Source: Actinoallomurus sp.
GTDB lineage: Bacteria > Actinomycetota > Actinomycetes > Streptosporangiales > Streptosporangiaceae
Direction of reading: 5' to 3'
Length of the DNA: 64,000 bases
NCBI GenBank assembly: GCA_025964685.1
Contig: JAOPYG010000037.1
Coordinates: 12,742-76,741 of the forward strand
The position numbers and the translations under genes are program-made. The notes beneath the pieces are model-generated. The model did not search any database, was not told the DNA's origin, and worked only from the letters and a program-made list of their open reading frames with translations. This document shows, piece after piece, positions 1 through 7,106 of the stretch (its first letter is position 1; each line of letters begins with the position of its first letter).

Positions 1-338
1 AGTTCGCTGCTGGTGGTGGCCTGGGAGTCCAGTTCCGCGATCTGGCCGTCGCGCTGCGGGTAGTAGTTCCCGGTGTCGATGACGAGCTTCCCCTCAAGGG
101 AGGTCCGCGGCACCTGCCCGTAGCTCTTGACCGGGATGGTCACCACGACCCAGTCCCCGGCGGCCGCGGCCTCTTCCGCGGTTCCCGCCGTGGCCCGGGA
201 GCCCAGTTCCGACGCGAGGTCGGACAGGGTGGCCGGCCCGCGTGAATTGCTGAGCACCACGTCGAATCCGGCGTCGACGGCCAGTCGTGCCAGGGTGCTG
301 CCGATATTGCCGCTGCCGATAAGTCCCAGTGTCGCCAT
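1..338 (-). CDS. NADPH-dependent F420 reductase / NADP oxidoreductase family (3' end runs off window)
   Basis: Manual translation from ATG 338: MATLGLIGSGNIGSTLARLAVDAGFDVVLSNSRGP...VVVTIP...VIDTGNYYPQRDG; Rossmann GxGxxG plus NSRGP and DTGNYYP family motifs. Confidence 0.88.
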   Translation of the reverse strand, partial: MATLGLIGSGNIGSTLARLAVDAGFDVVLSNSRGPATLSDLASELGSRATAGTAEEAAAAGDWVVVTIPVKSYGQVPRTSLEGKLVIDTGNYYPQRDGQIAELDSQATTSSE

Positions 339-348
339 GGAGCACCTG

Positions 349-374
349 AACGCGTCCGGGCCGGCCGATGTTCC
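349..374 (-). promoter_or_regulatory. SigR/SigH-type ECF promoter GGAAC-N18-GTT
   Basis: Minus strand reads GGAAC atcggccggcccggacgc GTT, 10 nt before the ATG of the oxidoreductase; matches the actinobacterial thiol-stress sigma consensus. Confidence 0.6.
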
Positions 375-386
375 GCGGATGCCTGC

Positions 387-1211
387 TCAGCGGTCGCGCA
401 GTGAGCCGGTCACGGCGGTCTTGGTGACGGCGAAGCAGACCAGTGTGTTGGTGCCGGTCGGCCAGTCCTGGGGAAGGGGGCCGACCGAGGACGGGGTGAC
501 GCCTGGCTTCTCGCCGCCCAGGTAGGCGTTGACCGCCTTGGTGCAGTGGTCCACGTAGCGCTTGACCATGTCCATGGGATCCGGCGGCGGGTCGGTGGGC
601 TTGCCGAGGACGAGGACGCCGGGTACGGCCTCGCTTCGATGGGGCCGGTCACACGGGACGACCCTGAGCGGGCCGTCGGTCAGCGGTTTGTCCACCTGGC
701 ACCGCTGGAAGGCGCCGAGTCCGTTGGCCAGCGCACCGGCGAGGGTGCCGGTCCGGGGGACCGGTTCGTTGTCCATGCCGCGCTCGGTGAGCAGGCAGGC
801 GAACCACCGATCGCCGTTGTTCCACTGTGCCTGAGTCGGCCAGAACGACACCGTTTCCAGGCGGCTGGCGTCGGCGTCGGCGCTCCGCAGGTAGGCCGGC
901 AGGGTGTTCCGGCAGATGGGGCGGACCATGGTCGACACAGGAGGCGGGTACTTGGTGGAGACGTTCGCGGGAAGGCGGCCAGACCGTGTCACCTCGTACT
1001 CGTGCGGCTGGTCACAGCCGATCTTTGCCGCCCCTCCCTTCGCGGGGAGCTCGACGCAGTCGCCCTGGCGGTACGGTCCGGCACCTACCGGGGATGACGA
1101 GGTGCGCGAAGGGGCGGTGCGGCGCGGCGCCGGGTGACCGGACGTGCAGCCTCCGAGGAGGACGAGGAGGAGCAGCACGACCGGGTAGCGCCGGCGGCGC
1201 GCGGTGACCAT
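387..1211 (-). CDS. Septum formation family lipoprotein (two Cys-rich repeats)
   Basis: Lipobox LLGGC; repeated GDC...CDQPHEYEV and CDRPHRSE, PTQAQWNNGDRWFAC motifs. Confidence 0.75.
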   Translation of the reverse strand: MVTARRRRYPVVLLLLVLLGGCTSGHPAPRRTAPSRTSSSPVGAGPYRQGDCVELPAKGGAAKIGCDQPHEYEVTRSGRLPANVSTKYPPPVSTMVRPICRNTLPAYLRSADADASRLETVSFWPTQAQWNNGDRWFACLLTERGMDNEPVPRTGTLAGALANGLGAFQRCQVDKPLTDGPLRVVPCDRPHRSEAVPGVLVLGKPTDPPPDPMDMVKRYVDHCTKAVNAYLGGEKPGVTPSSVGPLPQDWPTGTNTLVCFAVTKTAVTGSLRDR

Positions 1212-1343
1212 GCGCACACGATATTGATCCTCACCGGGATCGGTCCCGCACTTGGCCGACGAGCCCGCCGAAGATCGAGTTCCGCGGCCCGTGACGGACT
1301 GTGAGGGCGTCATCGGCGTCGGGGAGATCGGAGGGGCTGACCG

Positions 1344-2660
1344 TCAGCCGCTGAGAAGTGCGAACAGCCCGGCGCAGGTGAGTGTGATCATGGCGGCGGC
1401 GACCGGGACCTGGCCGCGGACGGCCCGGCCCGGGGGCTGGGTGCGCAGTGCCAGGTCGTGCGCGGCGATGGTGGCGGCGATGTGCCCGAGCACGATGGCG
1501 TTCACCTGGACCAGCGCGGTCAGCCCGGGAGGCACGGCCGCGTAGTCGACGCGGCGTCCGGCCGAGCCGAGCAGGTTGAGTCCGGTGCCGAGTGGATCGC
1601 TGGCCAGGATGACCGTCATCTGGCCTTCGAGCAGGAAGAAGGAGAAGTAGTGCGCGACGGTGTAGCCGAGCGCGATCGGCAGCAGCGTCGCGGCGAACCG
1701 CGGCGGCGGTAGGGCCGGCCGCTCGCCGGTCAGCGCTGCGGTCGCCCGCATGGCGCCCAGGTACAGCGCGGTGACGCCGCCGATGGCGGCGGCGAGCCCG
1801 AGGGTGCCCGCGCCCAGGCTGTTCGGGTCGACGTTGTCGCGCCAGTACGTCGTACGGGTGATGCCGTCGAAGCCGGTGGAGCCGATGAGCACGCAGGCCA
1901 CCGCGACCAGCCCGGGTTCGGGTACGCCGCGCATCAGGCCGGTGAGCGGGGTCCGCAGGACGAGGACGCCGTCGCCGCGCCGGCCGATGACGCACATCCG
2001 TGCCAGCAGCGTGGAGTACGCCTCGAAGCCGTCGCCGCGGCCGAACCAGGAGGTGCCGTACACCATCGCCGGAACGAGGTTCGCCAGCGCGTACCCGAGG
2101 ATGAGCAGACCGACCCGGCGGGGGTCGGAACGATCGGGCGGGACCAGCTCGAACCAGACGAAGCCGGTCAGCCAGGCCGCCGCCGGCCAGTAGCCGAGGC
2201 GGCGGGGGTAGGGGCGGCGTCCGCGCACCGGCGTGCGCGTCAGCGCGCACAGCCCCGCGTGCAGGCTTCGCAGTGGGTTGACCCGGCGCCAGACCGGGCC
2301 GAGCAGCACGCTCGCCGGCACCAGCCCCACCCAGAACGTCACGAACAGCGCCCAGGGCGCGAGGTTGCCCTGGTCGGTCCGCGGCCCGGCGAGGGCGACG
2401 ACGACGACCAGCGCGGTGGCCACGAGCGCGAGGGCGCGACCCACCACGACCGGTGCGCGTGCGTCCAGCGCCCGGGCGAGGCGGGCGGGCAGTGGCCGGC
2501 CGTCGTCGGGGGACAGGCGGGGCCGCCGCCACGCGATGGTGAGGGCGAGGAAGGAGGCCGCGATCGCGGCTCCGCCGCCGGCGATGGCGGTGAGGCCGTC
2601 CATGGGCAGGTCGGTGCGCCCGCCGAGCCCGTGGGCGAGAACGTGTCCTGCGGCGGACAC
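1344..2660 (-). CDS. Polytopic membrane protein, FesM/FtrD/NapH-like membrane domain lacking the Cys motifs
   Basis: 438-aa hydrophobic ORF; N-terminal LAHG; FWVGLVPASVLLGPVWRRVNP and FAATLLPIALGYTVAHY segments. Confidence 0.6.
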   Translation of the reverse strand: MSAAGHVLAHGLGGRTDLPMDGLTAIAGGGAAIAASFLALTIAWRRPRLSPDDGRPLPARLARALDARAPVVVGRALALVATALVVVVALAGPRTDQGNLAPWALFVTFWVGLVPASVLLGPVWRRVNPLRSLHAGLCALTRTPVRGRRPYPRRLGYWPAAAWLTGFVWFELVPPDRSDPRRVGLLILGYALANLVPAMVYGTSWFGRGDGFEAYSTLLARMCVIGRRGDGVLVLRTPLTGLMRGVPEPGLVAVACVLIGSTGFDGITRTTYWRDNVDPNSLGAGTLGLAAAIGGVTALYLGAMRATAALTGERPALPPPRFAATLLPIALGYTVAHYFSFFLLEGQMTVILASDPLGTGLNLLGSAGRRVDYAAVPPGLTALVQVNAIVLGHIAATIAAHDLALRTQPPGRAVRGQVPVAAAMITLTCAGLFALLSG

Positions 2661-2662
2661 CG

Positions 2663-3022
2663 TCAGTCCACCCGCAGTTCGAACGCGCTCACCCCGGACC
2701 GGTGCAGCTCGGCCTCGAACACCCCGGGCTGGTCCGCGGCGAACCGCATGACGCCCGGCACGCCCGGTTTCAGCTCGAGCTCACGGTCGTAGCCGTGAAG
2801 GTGGAACTCATCGGCGGCGTCGCTGGTGACGACGATCCGCACGTTGCGCCCCCGGCGTACGGTGACCCGCCGGCTCGGTGTCCGCACCTTGCCGCCGCTG
2901 ACGTTCACCGTGATGGTGACCGCCGGGGCGGCGGAGGGCGCGGCCGGGGCCTTGGTGCCGCAACCGCCGGTGATCAGGATCGTCGCCGTCACGACCACGA
3001 CGGGGTGTTTCCGCAGGCTCAT
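2663..3022 (-). CDS. Cupredoxin-domain lipoprotein
   Basis: Lipobox ITGGC; VRRGRNVRIVVTSD, DEFHLHGYD, FAADQPGVFEAELH cupredoxin-like strands; RBS AAGGAGG upstream. Confidence 0.75.
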   Translation of the reverse strand: MSLRKHPVVVVTATILITGGCGTKAPAAPSAAPAVTITVNVSGGKVRTPSRRVTVRRGRNVRIVVTSDAADEFHLHGYDRELELKPGVPGVMRFAADQPGVFEAELHRSGVSAFELRVD

Positions 3023-3047
3023 GTCCCTCCTTGACCGCTACGCCGCA

Positions 3048-3075
3048 TACTGTGACATCATCTGATGTCACGGTA
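3048..3075. promoter_or_regulatory. Palindromic operator between divergent genes
   Basis: TACTGTGACATCA-TC-TGATGTCACGGTA, 13-bp arms with one mismatch. Confidence 0.75.
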
Positions 3076-3117
3076 GAAGATGGCATAGTTCACCGGCCTG
3101 CACCAGCGGTCTGAGGA

Positions 3118-4947
3118 GTGCATGTGTGGCAGCAGCTCATTCGTCCGAGCACCGAGACGGCGATGCGCCTGGTCGCCGAGCAGCAGAAACCCGCAGGTGG
3201 AGCCGCCTTCGGGCAGGTGCTGATCGCGAGTGGCGCCGCCGCCGTGCTGACCGCCGGGCTGCTCGTCCTCGGCATCGGCCACCGCACCGGCCGGATCGCG
3301 GTGCTGGCGCGGCTGGCCGCCTGGTCGGAGCGAGGGCTCGGCCGCGGCCTGCCGGGCTGGGCCGCCCTGCCCTCGCTCGTGTCACTCGTCTCGTTGGTGA
3401 CCGCGCTGCTGGGGATGTACTGGGACATCTCGCTGCACATCTCGCGGGGCCGCGACGCGGGGCCGCTGGCCAACATCGCGCACTACCCGATCCTGATCGG
3501 CCTGTTCGGCATCTTCACCGCCGGCGTCCTGGCGGTCGTCCTGCCCAAGGGCGAGCGGCCCGGGGCCGCGGCGGTCCGCATCACCCGCGACTGGTACGCC
3601 CCGGCCGGGGGAGTGCTGCTCGCCGGCGCGGGTTTCTACGCGCTGCTCGGCTTCCCGCTCGACGACGTGTGGCACCGGGTCTTCGGACAGGACGTCACGC
3701 TGTGGGGACCCACGCACCTGATGCTCATCGGCGGTGCCGGGCTGTCGCTGGTCGCCCTCATGATCCTGGAGCGCGAGGGACGCGTCGTGCGCGGTGACGC
3801 GCCCGGAACCGCCGCGCTTCCCCGGCTCCGCGCACGGCGCGCCGCCATCACCGGTGGGCTCCTCATCGGGCTATCGGTGTTTCAGGCCGAGTACGACTTC
3901 GGCGTGCCGCAGTTCCGGATGGTGCACCAGCCCTTCATGATCGCTCTCGCGGCCGGGTGCGCGCTCGTGGCGGCCCGGCTGTGGATCGGCCGTGGCGGCG
4001 CGCTGCTGTCCGTCGTCTTCTACATGCTGGTGCGCGGTGGCGTCTCGCTGGTCGTCGCCGGGATCATCGGTCAGCTGTGGGCGGCGGTGCCGCTCTACCT
4101 CGCCGAGGCGCTGTGCGTGGAACTCGTCGCACTGGCACTCGCCCGCCGGCCGCTGGCGTTCGGGGTGGTGAGCGGTGTCCTGATCGGTACGGCCGGGTTC
4201 GGCGCGGAGTACGCCTGGAGCCACCTCGTCATGCGACTGCCCTGGACCCCTGACATCCTCCCCGAAGGCATGATCATGGCGGTGGTCGGTGGTGTCAGCG
4301 GCGGGTTGCTGGGCGCGCTGCTGGCCCTCGGCGTCCAGGGGCGGCCGCTCCGCCCGTCCGTCGCCCGGCCGGTCTTCGCGGCGTCGCTCGTCGCGATCGC
4401 CGCGGCCGTCACCAACGGTCTTCTCGTCACGGTGCCGCGGGACGTACGGGTGACCGTCGCGCTCACCGATATCGGTGGCGACGCCGCGCACCGCAGCGCC
4501 GGCGCCCGCGTCACCATCTCACCGCCCGGCGCCGTCAGGGACCCCGCCTGGGTGACCGTCACCGCCTGGCAGGGAGGCGGCCTGTACGTCGATCGGCTGA
4601 CCGCGCTCGGCGGCGGCGTGTACCGGACCACCGGCCGGGTGCCGCTGTCGGGCCAGTGGAAGACGCTGGTCCGGATGCAGGACGGCCGGTCGGTGAGCGC
4701 CGTGCCCGTCTACCTGCCCGAGGATCCGGCGATCGGTGCCGAGCGCCTCCCCGCCTCCCCGCGGTCCACCCGGCCGGCCCAGACCGAACGCCGGATCCTG
4801 CAGCGTGAGCTCAAGAGCGGCGTGCCCGGCTGGCTGTGGACCGCCGCCTCGGCGGTCGTGCTGTGCTGCACGCTGATCCTGGTCATCGCGCTCGGCTGGG
4901 GCGTCGCGCGCGTCTCCCGCCGGCTGCCCGGCAAGGCGCGGTCGTGA
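3118..4947 (+). CDS. Large membrane protein with two D-x3-H-x13/14-H putative metal sites and a C-terminal extracytoplasmic domain
   Basis: 609-aa ORF; WDISLH...NIAH and DDVWH...GPTH; many TM segments; start GTG 3118 or 3124 (GAGGAG RBS). Confidence 0.8.
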   Translation: MHVWQQLIRPSTETAMRLVAEQQKPAGGAAFGQVLIASGAAAVLTAGLLVLGIGHRTGRIAVLARLAAWSERGLGRGLPGWAALPSLVSLVSLVTALLGMYWDISLHISRGRDAGPLANIAHYPILIGLFGIFTAGVLAVVLPKGERPGAAAVRITRDWYAPAGGVLLAGAGFYALLGFPLDDVWHRVFGQDVTLWGPTHLMLIGGAGLSLVALMILEREGRVVRGDAPGTAALPRLRARRAAITGGLLIGLSVFQAEYDFGVPQFRMVHQPFMIALAAGCALVAARLWIGRGGALLSVVFYMLVRGGVSLVVAGIIGQLWAAVPLYLAEALCVELVALALARRPLAFGVVSGVLIGTAGFGAEYAWSHLVMRLPWTPDILPEGMIMAVVGGVSGGLLGALLALGVQGRPLRPSVARPVFAASLVAIAAAVTNGLLVTVPRDVRVTVALTDIGGDAAHRSAGARVTISPPGAVRDPAWVTVTAWQGGGLYVDRLTALGGGVYRTTGRVPLSGQWKTLVRMQDGRSVSAVPVYLPEDPAIGAERLPASPRSTRPAQTERRILQRELKSGVPGWLWTAASAVVLCCTLILVIALGWGVARVSRRLPGKARS

Positions 4948-5123
4948 GCGCGCCGGGGATGCCGCTCGCGTCCCACTCGGCGGTCACCGCGATCCCGTTC
5001 TTCGTGCCGACGATCATCGTGGTCGCCGTCATCGTCGTGGTGGTCTGGCGCGACCGGCGCCGCCACCCCGCCGACGAGGACGAGACGATGGGTGCCGATT
5101 CCGAGCGCGGGCCGGCGGACTGA
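4944..5123 (+). CDS. Small single-TM membrane protein (59 aa)
   Basis: GTGA overlap with upstream stop; MSAPGMPLASHSAVTAIPFFVPTIIVVAVIVVVVWRDRRR. Confidence 0.65.
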   Translation: MSAPGMPLASHSAVTAIPFFVPTIIVVAVIVVVVWRDRRRHPADEDETMGADSERGPAD

Positions 5124-5133
5124 CGCCGGCGGT

Positions 5134-5913
5134 TCAGCCCTCGCCGCCCGGTGAGCGGTCCGGTGATCGGGCGTCACGGGCCACGGTGGCGGCGAGCTGA
5201 TCGCCGAGCTCGGTGCGGATCTCCGCCTCCATGCAGCGGGCCAGGAGCCCCTCGACCGCGAGTTGCGCGAGCGGGCGCAGCCGCTGGACGAAGAGCGCCG
5301 CCTCGGAGATCTCCTCCCGGCTGACCAGCCGCTCGGCGCTGAGATTCCCGTGCTCGCGGGCCAGGTCGACGAAGCGCCGCGCGATGACCGCGCAGTCCTC
5401 CCGGATACGGCCGGCGATCTCGAAGACCGCCGTCAGGGGTATCCCCGCCGCGACGAGCTCCGCGCCGACGTGCAGCAGCCGCGGGCTGGGCACTTTGAAC
5501 CGGCCGCCTCCCTCGGCCTCGAGGAACCCGTGCTCCTCGGCCATGCGCAACAGCGCCGTAAGGTCGTCGGTCCGCGGATCGACGCCGAAGACGCGCGCGA
5601 GCTCGGCCGTGTCGATGCGGTCGGGGATCTCATCGGACCACGGATCCGTGAGCACCTTCTCCAGGCCGAGCAGGTCGCTGAGGTTCCGGCCCCGCTCCCA
5701 CGCGGAGATCAGCTCGGCGATGGTGGCGAGGGTGTAGCCGCGGCCCAGGAGCTGGCCGATCAGCCGTAGCCGGGCCAGGTGGGAGTCGTCATAGAGCCCG
5801 ACCCGGCCTTGCAGGCGGGGCGGCGGCAGCAATCCGCGATCCTGGTAGGCCCGCACGTTCCGCACCGTCGAACCGGCGGCATGGGCGAGCTCATCGATTC
5901 TGAAAACGGACAT
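5134..5913 (-). CDS. MerR family transcriptional regulator
   Basis: FRIDELAHAAGSTVRNVRAYQDRGLL...YDDSHLARLRLI MerR HTH. Confidence 0.9.
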   Translation of the reverse strand: MSVFRIDELAHAAGSTVRNVRAYQDRGLLPPPRLQGRVGLYDDSHLARLRLIGQLLGRGYTLATIAELISAWERGRNLSDLLGLEKVLTDPWSDEIPDRIDTAELARVFGVDPRTDDLTALLRMAEEHGFLEAEGGGRFKVPSPRLLHVGAELVAAGIPLTAVFEIAGRIREDCAVIARRFVDLAREHGNLSAERLVSREEISEAALFVQRLRPLAQLAVEGLLARCMEAEIRTELGDQLAATVARDARSPDRSPGGEG

Positions 5914-6012
5914 GCCACCGCATCTGTCGCCGGGATCTGCCTTCCGAACGGATGCTACCGGTGCCCTCTCCGAACCTGCGGTCTCCCGGCCGCGCGTGGT
6001 TCAGAGCCCGCG

Positions 6013-6774
6013 TCACCGGAGGTACGAGGCGCCGTTGAGGTCGATCACCGCGCCGCTGGCCCACACCGAACCGGGGAGCGCGAGCCAGGCCACGGCGGAC
6101 GCGACCTCCTCGGGCTCGGCGACCCGGCCGAACGGGCTCTGCGCCCGGATGCCGTCTCCGGCCGGTCCGGCCATCAGGGTCTCGGCCATGTCGGTCCGGA
6201 TGAATCCCGGTGCGACCGCGGCGACGGCGACGCCGTGCGGCGCCAGCGAGACCGCCAGCGACTGGGTCATCGAGTGCACCGCCGCCTTGCTCGCCCCGTA
6301 CGCGGGCGCGTCGGGCTCACCGCGATAGGCGCCGCGCGAGCCGACGTTGATGATCCGCCCGCCCTCCGGCCCCTCCGGCCGGTTGCGCAGATGGTCGACG
6401 AAGCACCAGGTCACGTTCGCCGTGCCGTGCACGTTCACGTCGATGACGCGCCGCCAGCCGGCGCGCCACTCCTCGTAGGAGGTCGACGCGATCGGCTGGT
6501 CCGTGTGGATGCCCGCGTTGTTGACGAGGATGTCCAGGCCACCGAGCCGCGCGATCGCCTCTCCGACGAACGACGCGACCTGCTCGGGCTCGGCGATGTC
6601 CCCGGTGACGACGGTATGGCCGTCGCCCGGAAGGGCGGCCACGACGGCTTCCGCGGCGGCGACCCCCGTCCGGCAGTGGACGGCGACGGTGAGGCCGTCC
6701 GCCGCGAGCCGGGCGGCCACGGCCGCGCCGACGCCCCGCGATCCGCCAGTGACGAGCGCACGCTTTCCGGTCAC
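6013..6774 (-). CDS. Short-chain dehydrogenase/reductase
   Basis: TGGSRGVG, NNAG, YGASK motifs. Confidence 0.92.
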   Translation of the reverse strand: MTGKRALVTGGSRGVGAAVAARLAADGLTVAVHCRTGVAAAEAVVAALPGDGHTVVTGDIAEPEQVASFVGEAIARLGGLDILVNNAGIHTDQPIASTSYEEWRAGWRRVIDVNVHGTANVTWCFVDHLRNRPEGPEGGRIINVGSRGAYRGEPDAPAYGASKAAVHSMTQSLAVSLAPHGVAVAAVAPGFIRTDMAETLMAGPAGDGIRAQSPFGRVAEPEEVASAVAWLALPGSVWASGAVIDLNGASYLR

Positions 6775-6920
6775 GCACTACCTCCTAGGTCGCCCGGTAA
6801 AGCTACTAGAAGGGGTGATCGCGGCAGATCACCGGGGTTTGTGGCCCGAAGTGGTCGCCCGACCGGGCGCGTCCCGGAAGCGCACGGGCGAAATACCAGG
6901 TGCGGCGACACCTTCGTCGA

Positions 6921-6938
6921 TCTCGAAAGTTTTCGAGA
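6921..6938. promoter_or_regulatory. BxlR-like (LacI) xylan box 1
   Basis: TCTCGAAA-GT-TTTCGAGA palindrome of CGAA-Nx-TTCG type upstream of GH115. Confidence 0.6.
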
Positions 6939-6994
6939 ATGCGCCCCGGCCACCTCGTACCCCCTGCTACCGGCGCATTTCTCCGCCCAGACGA

Positions 6995-7023
6995 TTGACC
7001 GCGAATAGCGCGAGCGTTACCTT
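6995..7023 (+). promoter_or_regulatory. HrdB/sigma70-type promoter of GH115
   Basis: TTGACC-N17-TACCTT. Confidence 0.55.
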
Positions 7024-7044
7024 TCCCTCGTTCCGCCGAACGTC

Positions 7045-7063
7045 CTTCGAAAAACTTTCGAAG
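7045..7063. promoter_or_regulatory. BxlR-like xylan box 2 (downstream of promoter, repressor position)
   Basis: CTTCGAAA-AAC-TTTCGAAG palindrome. Confidence 0.6.
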
Positions 7064-7106
7064 CTCTCCGCCGACCATCGTCGATCGTTGTGATGGAGAC
7101 CGCGAG

